Source: an uncultured Chlamydiae bacterium (GTDB taxonomy: Bacteria; Chlamydiota; Chlamydiia; Chlamydiales; JAJFMA01). From it: a stretch of DNA of 64,000 nucleotides. The first letter of the stretch is position 1. Every line of letters begins with the position of its first letter. The stretch is from contig CAVQMM010000001.1 in NCBI GenBank assembly GCA_963713615.1, positions 3,648,001 through 3,712,000 of the forward strand. The letters run 5' to 3'. The position numbers and the translations under genes are program-made. Positions 1-9,986 of the stretch are shown piece by piece. The notes under the pieces are model-generated. The model did not search any database. It was given only the letters and a program-made list of their open reading frames with translations, and had not been told where the DNA came from.

Positions 1-405
1 GACTTTGTCAACGTGCACAACACGGATGTCGGCATAGGGCAAGCCAAGTTTATCCAAAGCCTCTCCAAGATACTCGCTAAGTTGATCGAGGCTAATGCCA
101 TCCCCACCGTCCACGGTGGCAATGTTCCAGGCAGGAATATTCACAGCCGCCAGTATTTCCCGTTCTGTGAAGTGCTTGTTTGGACTGAGCGTATTGACAA
201 TCATGGTTACAGCAGCAGCGCTGCAAGAAGCGTCAGTGGTTTGAAGAGCGAACTGTTTGTTCAGTAATGTGTAGGCAGCCGGTTCACTATAACGTGTCAG
301 GTAGGACTGGGTTTGCGTGACCTGTTCAACATGATGTGGAACTTCAGCCGTCAGGTGTGCAGATAGCAGTGCGGCGGCTAATATCAAAGATGTCGAATGT
401 TTCAT
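1..405 (-). CDS. Exported phytochelatin synthase / papain-like (C39-like) protein, 5' part only (runs off window start)
   Basis: Manual translation from ATG at 405: MKHSTSLILAAALLSAHLTAE (signal-peptide-like)...FALQTTDASCSAAAVTMIVNTL...GISLDQL. This matches the Q-x5-C and G-x-[ST]-L-D-x-L motifs of the PCS family. Not in the ORF track. Confidence 0.7.
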   Translation of the reverse strand, partial: MKHSTSLILAAALLSAHLTAEVPHHVEQVTQTQSYLTRYSEPAAYTLLNKQFALQTTDASCSAAAVTMIVNTLSPNKHFTEREILAAVNIPAWNIATVDGGDGISLDQLSEYLGEALDKLGLPYADIRVVHVDKV

Positions 406-526
406 AACAAGATCATTTCTCGATTGAGTTAAAAAATGTAATTATACAGATGGCATTGGTTTGTTGCAAGTTATAATAGACTTGGTTCTTGGAGCAGATG
501 GACGAACTTGACTGGCTGGATCCATT

Positions 527-947
527 GAGGTAATTGCAGAAGTCCGATTTTCCGAAGTCAATTTCCTGAAAATCGGATGCCGGTGAAGAGAGAGTCATTC
601 CCTTCCCAGGCCCGAAGGGTCGATCCATGGCATCGCCATGGTATATGCCAAAACGGTTTTAGCAGCCTGTAGGGCTGCCATAAAGCGCATGCATAAATGG
701 TGTTTGTAAACTGGCGTCTTGTAGCAGTCCTTCAGACTGCGAAATCCCTTCCTGGCATATACCATGGCGATGCCATGGCCTGTTGCAATATCGACCCTTC
801 GGGCCTGGGAAGGGAGAAAAGCCTGTCTTTCCAGACCGGATAGTGCCATACCACTTAAGCTCTCCAGAATCGCCTTCTCACAAAAAAAGAGTGATTTTTT
901 TTCAAAGAATCGATCCATGAGAGCCCAAATACTTCTGCAATGACCTC
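527..947. mobile_element. Non-autonomous composite element with 17-bp TIR GAGGTAATTGCAGAAGT, copy 1
   Basis: Starts GAGGTAATTGCAGAAGT and ends ACTTCTGCAATGACCTC. Arms are shared with 12685-13226 and 42319-42616. Inner inverted repeat CCATGGCATCGCCATGGTATATGCCA...TGGCATATACCATGGCGATGCCATGG. Confidence 0.85.
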
Positions 948-1056
948 TTTATGTCCTTTTCGTTACTTTGGCCCTTAGTCTATTCAAATGGTGGCTAATT
1001 CGTGGACGTTTTTCGAGAGATTGTTATATGGTAAAATGTATTTACGGAGAGATGCC

Positions 1057-1449
1057 ATGTCCTCACCAGAGGAATTGCTTACAGAGATGACAAAAACCCT
1101 TCACGATTTGGTGAATAACGCCCGCCAGATGGTGCAGGTGTCATCCCAAGAATTCTCGCAAACAGAGATTAGCACTCTACAAGAACGTCAGAATGCGCTC
1201 GTGTCTAATCTGGCTGCGATTGATGCTCAGCTGAATCGTGACTATCCCACGGCTCTGAGTGATAAAATTAGTCCCGTGGTGCAACTGATCGAAAAGGAAA
1301 TCGAACACTTCGAAGGCCTGAATGCCGATTTTCTTGACAATGTACGCAGACATGGACCGGTCATTCAATTTGAGTCTGACAAAGCCCATCGATCTCAGCA
1401 TCGCAAGGAACCACCCTCAAAGGAGGATGGTTCCGAATCCAATCGCTAG
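1057..1449 (+). CDS. Hypothetical helical protein
   Basis: ORF 988-1449; likely start MSSPEE at 1057 after a GGAGA RBS. Confidence 0.6.
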   Translation: MSSPEELLTEMTKTLHDLVNNARQMVQVSSQEFSQTEISTLQERQNALVSNLAAIDAQLNRDYPTALSDKISPVVQLIEKEIEHFEGLNADFLDNVRRHGPVIQFESDKAHRSQHRKEPPSKEDGSESNR

Positions 1450-1469
1450 TACGCGTGTTCAATTTGCAG

Positions 1470-1958
1470 TTAGAGTTTGAGAGTATACTGCCTCGAAAAC
1501 AGGCCACATTTTTCGGCACTGCGTAAGATATTCATAACTACAACATCAAAGTGGCCTAGCTGCTCTTCTCCCCTTACCTTAAGGTTGTTTTGTGGTATAC
1601 GATTGAATCGGCTTTTGCTTTGAACAGCGGTGAAGGAGAGCCGCTCGGTGAGGGACTTAGGCAGCAAGGCGCGTTGGTTTGGAGGTAAGCGTTGCGCTTG
1701 CTTGATGCAGTCCATTGCTATTTTCATTTCACCGCAGGTCATTCTTACGATGGGGACCATTATGAGTCTAGACTTGAGTTCTTCAGAGCTCGCCCCGGTG
1801 TCCATTCTCATAATATTCGCAATATTGTTCTGTGTGAGCGTATTCGATTGGCAGAGTATCTTCAGGTTGCGCCACTGGTAATCCGTAAGAAGTTCAGGAA
1901 ACAAGGCTTGCAGTAGTGTTCTAGAGCATGCGAGCGGCAATACGGCAATAGATGCCAA
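1470..1958 (-). CDS. Hypothetical protein (start uncertain)
   Basis: 162-aa ORF with no recognised motif; overlaps the upstream small ORF. Confidence 0.35.
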   Translation of the reverse strand: MASIAVLPLACSRTLLQALFPELLTDYQWRNLKILCQSNTLTQNNIANIMRMDTGASSEELKSRLIMVPIVRMTCGEMKIAMDCIKQAQRLPPNQRALLPKSLTERLSFTAVQSKSRFNRIPQNNLKVRGEEQLGHFDVVVMNILRSAEKCGLFSRQYTLKL

Positions 1959-2100
1959 GGACGATCATTAAAGTGCCTAGGGCGTAGAACATCTGAGCAT
2001 CATCAGGTTCTATCCAGGCGCCGATGACTCCGGTTAGTCCTATGGCCATTAAGGCCCAACCTAGGCGTTCTAGCCGGCGTCGGGTTAAAGGACTAGTCAT
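1921..2100 (-). CDS. Small two-TM membrane protein (59 aa)
   Basis: MTSPLTRRRLERLGWALMAIGLTGVIGAW...FYALGTLMIVLGIYC. Start overlaps the ftsK 3' end, with GGAG upstream. Confidence 0.55.
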   Translation of the reverse strand: MTSPLTRRRLERLGWALMAIGLTGVIGAWIEPDDAQMFYALGTLMIVLGIYCRIAARML

Positions 2101-4522
2101 CTTCCATCTCCTCTTCGGGATCCCCAGAAACAATAGCTGCCAGACTAGGGATTTCGCCTTGGTCGGCACCTGGGGGAACATGAAGCACACGGCGCCCTTT
2201 TCCGTTTTCTACGGCGCTGATGATTTCATTATCTTCCAGCTGATCAATCAGGCTGGCAGCCCTGGCGTAGCCGATTTTGAGTTTGCGCTGCAAAAAGGTT
2301 GTGGAGGCGTTTTGACTCTTAATAACCAATTCTCGAGCCTGTGAATAGAGAGCATCGCCTTTGTCTCCGGGAGAATCCGACGAAATATCTTCTAGCGACT
2401 CTAAGTTATCAAAGGACTCGATGGAATAGTTGGGAGGGGCTTGCTCGCAGACAAAGTCGACAACACGGCGGATGTCTTCATCGCGGATAAAAGCACCCTG
2501 TGCGCGGATGAGCTGAGAACTGCCTGGAGGTAAGAATAGCATGTCCCCATTGCCCAGGAGAGACTCAGCACCGGTTTCATCTAGGATGATCTGGCTGTTA
2601 ACGCGGCTAGCCACTTTAAATGATATTCGGGTAGGGAAGTTGGCTTTGATCAGCCCCGTGATGACTTCACGAGAGGGGCGTTGTGTTGCCAGGACAAGGT
2701 GAATACCCACAGCACGGGCCATTTGTGCAATACGTGCGATGGGAGTCTCGATATCGTGACTGGAGACCATCATGAGGTCTGCCAGCTCGTCGATGATCGC
2801 TACGATATAGTACATTTTTTCCGGCACCTCACGGTCGAGCGAGGCCTCGAAGTCAGGGTCAATCTTGCGGCTATTAAACCCTTCGATATTGCGTACGCCA
2901 AAAAGCTTCAGCAGCTCATAGCGGTTTTCCATCTCTTTAACGAGCCATAGCAAAGCTGTGCATGCCCCATTTGGCTCCGTGATGACTGGTGCGAGCATAT
3001 GTGGAAGACGCGTGTAGGGCGTCAATTCAACCTTCTTGGGATCGACCATCAACAGTCTGACCTGGTCGGGACGCGCATTGAAGACAATCGACATCACGAT
3101 CGTATTGATGCAAACGGACTTTCCAGATCCTGTTGCGCCGGCGATGATGCAGTGGGGCATCTTGGCGAGGTCGCTCAATACATAATCGCCATTAACAGCT
3201 TTTCCTAGTAGCACAGGGACACGGCATTTAGTTTTGCCCGCTTGGTATTGCTCCATCATATCCTTAAAGCCCACTTCCTGGGGCTTAGGATTTGGCACTT
3301 CAATACCTACCGCAGCTTTACCGGGGATAGGCGCAATGATACGGATGGACCGCGCTTCCATGTTGAGGGCGATATCGTTTTCCAAGGCTTTGATCTTTTG
3401 AACTTTGACACCGATGGAGGGGTGTACCTCAAACGATACAATACTTGGACCACAGTTGATCTGGCCGACCTTTGCTTCGATACCAAAGCTATGTAATGTC
3501 TCTTCGAGAACCTCTGCCTGGCGGCGTAGATCTGCCCTGAGGGTAGATTGATCCACGGTTTTGGCATCCGTCAATAGGTCTAGCGGCGGAAGCCGATAGG
3601 CTGCATAATCGCCATTATGAACGCGCTGAGCTTGTATAGCGAGCTCACGTTTGACGGCTTGTGAGATTTTCTCTTTACTGCGCTTAGCAGGCTTTGGGTC
3701 CTCTTGGATAGCCCCAGAAACGGGAATTTCAGGGATTTCGGAGCTCTTTTGTTTTTGGGAGACTGAAGGCCGTGTCTGTAGATCCTTTTCAGGACGAATG
3801 GCTAACAGGTCGCCTTTGGGATCTCCAGGCTTTGCTGTGGAGCGGCTGGCCGATGACAACTGTAGTTTAACATAGCGCCAAAGGCTCTTAGACTGAAGAT
3901 CTGCAGCATCTGGACGCTTGCGGTACAGCAAGGTTGCAAGTTTACGTAGCAACGGTACCAGTTCAATCTTTGTGAGCATCAAGAAGCTGGCTAGAAGAGT
4001 GCTTGAGAAGATGACAGTGATCCCAGCAGTATTCAGAATGCGTTTCAGGCTAAACGATGGAACATCGGCATAGATATAATACAGTGGAGTACCGCCGAGG
4101 TGTAACTGTGCTCCGCGGGGCGCCGCAGGGCTATGGAGAGTTTCTCGAAGCCATGCACCTATTGTTGGACTGCGGTCTTCGACAAGATTAAATAGAATGC
4201 CTGTTGAGACCACCAGAAGAAGAAACCAGCAGGTTTTTTCCGCCAGGTTTTCCAAGGGTTTACCCAGGAGCATACGGTAGCCAATCCATCCACAATAGAG
4301 TGTCACGGCATAGCTTCCTACGCCAAACGCAAAATACATCAAGGCGCCGATGAGATAGCCTAGAAGGCCCAGCCAGTTTCCAGATGCATGACCTAAAGTA
4401 AAGCTGTGTAAGCTTAATGCCTGAAGAACGGCTGTGGTCAAAACCATCAAACCGAGGATTTCATGATGTTCACGCGGAGTCGTCATCGACGATGACTTTC
4501 CCTTTTCAGATTCCCGGCCCAT
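2093..4522 (-). CDS. ftsK: DNA translocase FtsK/SpoIIIE
   Basis: N-terminal TM segments, Walker A GATGSGKS, IIDELADLMM, ATQRPS and a C-terminal gamma domain (QRKLKIGYARAA). Start moved to ATG 4522 because the longer ORF overlaps tRNA-His. Confidence 0.96.
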   Translation of the reverse strand: MGRESEKGKSSSMTTPREHHEILGLMVLTTAVLQALSLHSFTLGHASGNWLGLLGYLIGALMYFAFGVGSYAVTLYCGWIGYRMLLGKPLENLAEKTCWFLLLVVSTGILFNLVEDRSPTIGAWLRETLHSPAAPRGAQLHLGGTPLYYIYADVPSFSLKRILNTAGITVIFSSTLLASFLMLTKIELVPLLRKLATLLYRKRPDAADLQSKSLWRYVKLQLSSASRSTAKPGDPKGDLLAIRPEKDLQTRPSVSQKQKSSEIPEIPVSGAIQEDPKPAKRSKEKISQAVKRELAIQAQRVHNGDYAAYRLPPLDLLTDAKTVDQSTLRADLRRQAEVLEETLHSFGIEAKVGQINCGPSIVSFEVHPSIGVKVQKIKALENDIALNMEARSIRIIAPIPGKAAVGIEVPNPKPQEVGFKDMMEQYQAGKTKCRVPVLLGKAVNGDYVLSDLAKMPHCIIAGATGSGKSVCINTIVMSIVFNARPDQVRLLMVDPKKVELTPYTRLPHMLAPVITEPNGACTALLWLVKEMENRYELLKLFGVRNIEGFNSRKIDPDFEASLDREVPEKMYYIVAIIDELADLMMVSSHDIETPIARIAQMARAVGIHLVLATQRPSREVITGLIKANFPTRISFKVASRVNSQIILDETGAESLLGNGDMLFLPPGSSQLIRAQGAFIRDEDIRRVVDFVCEQAPPNYSIESFDNLESLEDISSDSPGDKGDALYSQARELVIKSQNASTTFLQRKLKIGYARAASLIDQLEDNEIISAVENGKGRRVLHVPPGADQGEIPSLAAIVSGDPEEEMEDD

Positions 4523-4568
4523 TGCCCATCCTCGCCAGTGAAAGGGATCAGTAAGAAGTAAAACAGAA

Positions 4569-4645
4569 TGGGCGACCGACGGGATTCGAACCCGCGACAT
4601 TTGGAACCACAATCCAACGCTCTAACCAACTGAGCTACGATCGCC
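4569..4645 (-). tRNA. tRNA-His (GTG)
   Basis: Reverse complement GGCGATCGTAGCTCAGTTGGTTAGAGCGTTGGATTGTGGTTCCAAATGTCGCGGGTTCGAATCCCGTCGGTCGCCCA: cloverleaf, GTG anticodon, TTCGAA T-loop. Confidence 0.95.
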
Positions 4646-4717
4646 ACAGAGACTTCATTTGTACGTCACAAGTGCCTTTTCCGTCAATGACTTCGTGACC
4701 GAGAGCAAGAGGGATAG

Positions 4718-5497
4718 GGATAGGATGGTAGCCACGACCCATCCGTCATAAGGATTTAGGAGTAACACGGATGCACACGGATCTAGGAGGATTTAGGAGG
4801 ATAGGATGGTAGCCACGACCCATCCGTCACAAGGATTAGGAGTAACACGGATGCACACGGATCTAGGAGGATTTAGGAGGATAGGATGGTAGCCACGACC
4901 CATCCGTCATAAGGATTTAGGAGTAACACGGATGCACACGGATCTAGGAGGATTTAGGAGGATAGGATGGTAGCCACGACCCATCCGTCATAAGGATTTA
5001 GGAGTAACACGGATGCACATGGATCTAGGAGGATTTAGGAGGATAGGATGAAATGGAATTGAATTTATGTTGATCCATTCCATCCTAAAATCATTTCTAT
5101 CGTTTTAGAATGATGGACTGGTTTTTTCCATCCTATCCTCCTAGATCCATGTGCATCCGTGTTACTCCTAAATCCTTATGACGGATGGGTCGTGGCTACC
5201 ATCCTATCCTCCTAAATCCTCCTAGATCCGTGTGCATCCGTGTTACTCCTAAATCCTTATGACGGATGGGTCGTGGCTACCATCCTATCCTCCTAAATCC
5301 TCCTAGATCCGTGTGCATCCGTGTTACTCCTAATCCTTGTGACGGATGGGTCGTGGCTACCATCCTATCCTCCTAAATCCTCCTAGATCCGTGTGCATCC
5401 GTGTTACTCCTAATCCTTGTGACGGATGGGTCGTGGCTACCATCCTATCCTCCTAAATCCTCCTAGATCCGTGTGCATCCGTGTTACTCCTAATCCT
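4718..5497. repeat. Giant palindrome: 4 tandem 80-81-bp units, a ~77-bp spacer, then ~4.5 inverted units
   Basis: Unit GGATAGGATGGTAGCCACGACCCATCCGTCATAAGGATTTAGGAGTAACACGGATGCACACGGATCTAGGAGGATTTAGGA starts at 4718, 4799, 4879 and 4960. Reverse-complement units start near 5129, 5200, 5281, 5361 and 5441. Confidence 0.95.
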
Positions 5498-5502
5498 AGC
5501 TC

Positions 5503-7053
5503 TCACAAGAAGGTGTATTCAGCTTGCATTTCGTTTCTCTCCGCAAGCCATTGTCGCGCTAGAATACCAACGAGGGTCACTAAGGTGACAAATCCAATGA
5601 CTAGCGCGAGTGGTGGCTGTTCTATACGCCACGTGAAATCCATCCAAGCGGGAGCGTTGAAGGTCATATTGAGAATGAGATGTGTGTAGGATCCATTTAT
5701 GGAGTGCACTAAATCTCCCAAAGCAGGAATAAAGAGACATAAAACACCTCCAATCATGAGCAGCAGCATAGAGACGCTAACCAGAAAGGGGAAGAAGAGG
5801 TTGTACAACAGACTAAGAAGAGGAAACTTCTCAAAATACCAAAGACACACAGGTACAGTGGCTATATGCACAGCAAGGGTTAAAGCCAAGGAGTGTCGGC
5901 AAAGGCCTAGTATGACATATCCATGCTGATCTAGACGTGACATGTCGACGATGTTCGACAGGCTTCTTGGAGGCCACAAATGCGTAAGCAGGGTATGCAC
6001 AGGTGGCGTGAGAAGTAGGATGGCACTCGTGGCTAAAAAGCTCAGCTGAAAAGCGGGAGACTGAACCGCCAAAGGGTCGATGATGATGATCACCAGCATG
6101 GCTACTCCCATGCTATTTAGAGCCTTGGGTTGGCGCGTTAACAATTGTCCTACCAAGGCCACCGAGATGGCAATCCAGGCTCGCATGATTGAAGGGCCAT
6201 ATCCCAGGAACAGGCAATATCCCGCCAGAACGGCTAATAAGGTCACTAGCTGCCAGCGTAGCGGCAGAACAATACCCAGAGCCATACTTAACATAGCAGC
6301 GAGAATGGCGAAGTGAAACCCTGAGATTGCTAAAATATGCTGAAGGCCAAAGCGACCTAAGGAGAGCCTAGTCTGCTTATCGGAGAATTCACCTGTCACC
6401 AGACCAACAAGGAGATTGGCTGCTCGTGTGTTCAAAACATGTCTTCGAATACTGTCTCCAATGGCTTTCTTGAAATCGTAGCGGCTTTCAGCCAAGCTCC
6501 AGCTTCCCTGAATGGGTAGCCAATCGGCCTTTTTGTCGACTGACAAAGTATAGAACCTGGAATGCGGCATTCGCAATTTTGCTTTTACCGAGTAGCTTTG
6601 GTGAGCGGGTGGACGCATACGTTTGCCATTCGCGGGGATGGTTAAGCGATAGGGAACGCCATGGGCGATGCTCTTGCTGGTGCCTTCAGGAATAAACGAC
6701 TGAATCGTTCCCTTAAGCAGCCATGAAGGACCGAAATGTGAGGATTGATCGGAGACGGAATCGATCGTTATGCGTGCAGTACCAACAAGACCTTCGGCTG
6801 GAAGTATGGGTAAGCGATAGTAGGATTGACAGTAGAAGTAGCTTGCAAACATGCACAACATGACGGCGACGATTCTCCAGCCACGTAAAGATACAAGGAG
6901 AACAAGGATCGGGAAGGCAAGAGCTCCAGAGTTGTTGAAGAGGACGAGAGCTGTGCCTAAGAGACAGGCCAAGGCATAAAGCAAACAGGGGTGTTGCTGC
7001 CAAAAAACGTTGAGGGCTTTAGCCGCGAATGCGGAAGAAGTGGCTATTTGCAC
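5503..7053 (-). CDS. comEC: ComEC/Rec2 competence membrane protein
   Basis: GLQHILAISGFHFAIL, PSIMRAWI and FQLSFLAT motifs; many TM helices. Confidence 0.9.
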   Translation of the reverse strand: MQIATSSAFAAKALNVFWQQHPCLLYALACLLGTALVLFNNSGALAFPILVLLVSLRGWRIVAVMLCMFASYFYCQSYYRLPILPAEGLVGTARITIDSVSDQSSHFGPSWLLKGTIQSFIPEGTSKSIAHGVPYRLTIPANGKRMRPPAHQSYSVKAKLRMPHSRFYTLSVDKKADWLPIQGSWSLAESRYDFKKAIGDSIRRHVLNTRAANLLVGLVTGEFSDKQTRLSLGRFGLQHILAISGFHFAILAAMLSMALGIVLPLRWQLVTLLAVLAGYCLFLGYGPSIMRAWIAISVALVGQLLTRQPKALNSMGVAMLVIIIIDPLAVQSPAFQLSFLATSAILLLTPPVHTLLTHLWPPRSLSNIVDMSRLDQHGYVILGLCRHSLALTLAVHIATVPVCLWYFEKFPLLSLLYNLFFPFLVSVSMLLLMIGGVLCLFIPALGDLVHSINGSYTHLILNMTFNAPAWMDFTWRIEQPPLALVIGFVTLVTLVGILARQWLAERNEMQAEYTFL

Positions 7054-7579
7054 GGCTATTTTCTATGGGTATGGCCAGCGATTCGCTAGAATGGGCACGC
7101 CAAGACTCGGGAAAAGGGACATGACTGCCATGCAAAATTGTTGTGGGACCCGGTGCAAATTTTGCGCCTTCTTGTATGTGACCAGCACTGGCAATTTCGG
7201 CAAGGGTAGAATGCGTGACGTCATAACATCTGAGAGTGTGAATGATCGCTCGAATGGCATTGGGCGACATAATGTCCGGAGAGTGACTGGAGTCAACTTT
7301 AGACGCTGAAAAGGTAATCAAACGATTGTAACACACGATGAAGCGGTTGAGAAGATAAACGCGTCGGCTTTGTCGGCAGACATAGGCCACTGGCCCAAGG
7401 AACTCAAAAGCATCCTTGTCTAATAGGTCGCATCCTCCCCTCAAACAGTGCAAAATTGGTGGTTGATGAGCGTGAGATTTGTCCAAAACCACCGTATCGA
7501 CGAAGATAAGCTGAGAAGTATTGGGTTCTTGGTGATCTTGCTTTTCTGCGGCAAGTACGACAAAGCGTGAGAATTCCAT
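7019..7579 (-). CDS. Hypothetical protein (possibly frameshifted into ORF 7063-7296)
   Basis: 186-aa ORF with an AGGAG RBS upstream; no recognised motif. Confidence 0.4.
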   Translation of the reverse strand: MEFSRFVVLAAEKQDHQEPNTSQLIFVDTVVLDKSHAHQPPILHCLRGGCDLLDKDAFEFLGPVAYVCRQSRRVYLLNRFIVCYNRLITFSASKVDSSHSPDIMSPNAIRAIIHTLRCYDVTHSTLAEIASAGHIQEGAKFAPGPTTILHGSHVPFPESWRAHSSESLAIPIENSRANSHFFRIRG

Positions 7580-7685
7580 GTTCTTCTCCTGACTTAACGG
7601 TGGAATTTTTCCACTTTTTTCGCTTATTGAGTTATCATAACATTCGGATACTTTGTTGTCATCAAACTTTTTTACAGGTTCAAAT

Positions 7686-8054
7686 ATGCAAAATGGAGTT
7701 GGTTATTTAGACTACTGCCCCGAAGACCTCCATATTAGGTTGGGTGGGTGGGCCTGGCTAAAACGTTCAGACCTCGACCAGGCTAGCGATGTGGGTGTTA
7801 TGCGGGAATTGCAGTACCTGCTTAGAGCGCTTGACTATGGGTGCAGTCGAAATGTGGTTTTGACCAATATTGTGCACCTGTGGCTGGCCGTTAAGGAACG
7901 CCAATTGGTGACAGATTTTACGGAGGATCAAGCGGAAATGCTAGATAGGCTTCTTCGTATCCGAAATAATCCTGTGCGAGCGTCCACGCGTCCTTTGAGT
8001 TCGCGCATAGTTGTCGCTATGGAGCTTACAGATGCACCCATTTGTGGGAGATAG
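7686..8054 (+). CDS. Hypothetical protein
   Basis: ORF 7653-8054; likely start MQNGVG. Confidence 0.45.
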   Translation: MQNGVGYLDYCPEDLHIRLGGWAWLKRSDLDQASDVGVMRELQYLLRALDYGCSRNVVLTNIVHLWLAVKERQLVTDFTEDQAEMLDRLLRIRNNPVRASTRPLSSRIVVAMELTDAPICGR

Positions 8055-8112
8055 ATTGTAATTATGTAAAAATAACCTTTAAAAAAAAGGGTCTTTTGAT
8101 ACAAGTAGCTCC

Positions 8113-8922
8113 ATGGATGAGCATATAAACGCCTACTTTCATACCGGTTCGGCAGACGCCCCAGGAGGGCGTTTTCGTGCTGTCCTGAAGCTTCATGAGG
8201 ATCGACCTGCATCCTGGGAGGATCTTCATGAACTTGTCCCCAGCTTGCCAAGGGGATGGTATGAGCTCGCCACTCTCTCAGCCAAAGACCGTGTGGAGTT
8301 TACACGTGATTTTTGGTCGATGAAGCTGCCATTTCATTCTAAGTTCCCAGCTTTTATTTCAGAGTTCTTTGGATCTCTGCGCGATGTTGGGGTCTATGTG
8401 ACGCAACAGCGCTACGATGATCCTTACGAAGCACATCTTGTCTACGGCCTAAAAGATGATTGTGGTTTTTTTCGCGGTAGCCCACCAGCTCTGGAGGATA
8501 GTCTGACCAATCTTAAGGGAGAGTTTGCCGAGGTGGTTCTTCCAGCGGACTTTCTGGCTTTTTTAGAAATCCACGATGGCTTCTACAAGTACACTGATAC
8601 GGGGATAACTTCAAGCAAGCGGTTGCTGCAGAAATACCAGGAATTCCAAGCTCACCTAGAAAAGATGGATCCGCTATTAAACGCGGAGGGCTCTGAAGTT
8701 AATCCAAAGCATCTGATTCCTTTCTATGAATCCTTTGGTTTCCCCTGTTACCAATGCTTTTGGGCGGATTGGTATCCGGATCAAGAGATGGGCAATATCT
8801 ATTATTCAGGGTTAACGCACACGATTTCAATGTATCGAGATGACAATGTGGGCCCTGAGAACATGTCTTTTCCTACTTTTCTTGACTGGCTGATGTTCTA
8901 CCTCGAGACCATCAAAGTTTAA
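8113..8922 (+). CDS. SMI1/KNR4-like family protein (conserved chlamydial)
   Basis: LPADFLAFLEIHDGF, LIPFYES and C-terminal SFPTFLDWL, typical of the SUKH/SMI1 fold. Confidence 0.75.
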   Translation: MDEHINAYFHTGSADAPGGRFRAVLKLHEDRPASWEDLHELVPSLPRGWYELATLSAKDRVEFTRDFWSMKLPFHSKFPAFISEFFGSLRDVGVYVTQQRYDDPYEAHLVYGLKDDCGFFRGSPPALEDSLTNLKGEFAEVVLPADFLAFLEIHDGFYKYTDTGITSSKRLLQKYQEFQAHLEKMDPLLNAEGSEVNPKHLIPFYESFGFPCYQCFWADWYPDQEMGNIYYSGLTHTISMYRDDNVGPENMSFPTFLDWLMFYLETIKV

Positions 8923-8993
8923 AAAAGTTGCCTTTATTGGTAACTTTAAGATATCAATTTGCTATTAAAATCATCGAGCAATCCCCTACAGCT

Positions 8994-9968
8994 ATGTATT
9001 TCGTCGAAGATCTATATCGCCAGCACGGTGCCCGCCTCGGTTTAGAACTCGTGGCTGGCGAGGGCGGAATGCGTCGAATTATCAAGGTGCCCGAGGCGCA
9101 TCGTCCGGGTCTCAGTTTATCGGGATATCTTAAGAGCCATGCCAAAAAGCGTATTTTGATCTTTGGAAGGGTTGAGATAGAGTACCTCTCCGATCTGGAC
9201 TCTGCAGTTCGTGTAAAACGTCTAGAAGCTATTTTGGGAGCTTATACCCCTGCTGTGATCGTAGCTCGCAAATTACGCGCCCCGAAGGAGTTGATTCAGC
9301 AGTGTGAGCAGAAAAACATTCCTCTCATGCGTGCTAGCATGACCACGATGAATTTGCTGAGTAGGTTGACTCACTTGTTGTCGGAGGAGTTTGCCCCTAG
9401 CATGAACTGCCATGGAACATTGGTGGAAGTCTTTGGTGTCGGTGTTCTCATCCAGGGTGATTCATCTGTTGGAAAAAGTGAGGCTGCGTTAGGTCTTATT
9501 GAGCGTGGCCACCGTTTGATCTCTGATGATATCGTAAAAGTGCGCAAACGTGAGGGCATCTACCTCGAGGGTTTTGGTGCCGACCTCACCCGTCACCACA
9601 TGGAAATTCGTGGCATTGGCATTATCAATGTTGCCCACCTTTACGGTGCGGTTTGTGTGCGGGACTACAAAAGCATCGACTTGGTCGTAAAACTTGAGGC
9701 TTGGGATGATCGTAGCTTTTACGATCGTGTGGGCTTGGAAGAAAAATATTGCGATATGCTAGGCATCAAGGTGCCACATCATGTATTACCGGTGAAGCCT
9801 GGTCGTGATGTTGTCTTGCTGCTTGAAACGATAGCACTAAATCATCGCCTCAAGGCTATGGGGTACAACTCTGCTAAAGAGTTTAATGCCAAGTTGCTCG
9901 AGATGATTGCCATTAAACAGCAGAAGGGAAGCCGCCGGGTTACGGAAATGTCCGCTAAGAGTCTTTGA
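8994..9968 (+). CDS. hprK: HPr kinase/phosphorylase
   Basis: HGTLVEVFGVGVLIQGDSSVGKSEAALGLIERGHRLISDD, MEIRGIGIIN and PVKPGR. Start taken at MYFVED (8994). Confidence 0.96.
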   Translation: MYFVEDLYRQHGARLGLELVAGEGGMRRIIKVPEAHRPGLSLSGYLKSHAKKRILIFGRVEIEYLSDLDSAVRVKRLEAILGAYTPAVIVARKLRAPKELIQQCEQKNIPLMRASMTTMNLLSRLTHLLSEEFAPSMNCHGTLVEVFGVGVLIQGDSSVGKSEAALGLIERGHRLISDDIVKVRKREGIYLEGFGADLTRHHMEIRGIGIINVAHLYGAVCVRDYKSIDLVVKLEAWDDRSFYDRVGLEEKYCDMLGIKVPHHVLPVKPGRDVVLLLETIALNHRLKAMGYNSAKEFNAKLLEMIAIKQQKGSRRVTEMSAKSL

Positions 9969-9986
9969 CAGAGGGACTAAAACATC

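Noticed and set aside
595..918. ORFs such as 595-918, 12585-12809, 12994-13270, 42260-42517, 35610-35999 and 63521-63898
   Set aside because: They are translations of repeat elements; the same peptides recur wherever the repeat occurs.
4523..4612. Extended FtsK N-terminus
   Set aside because: It overlaps tRNA-His.
4718..5497. Possible CRISPR array
   Set aside because: The units are near-identical along their whole length with no unique spacers, they are arranged as an inverted pair, and no cas genes are present.
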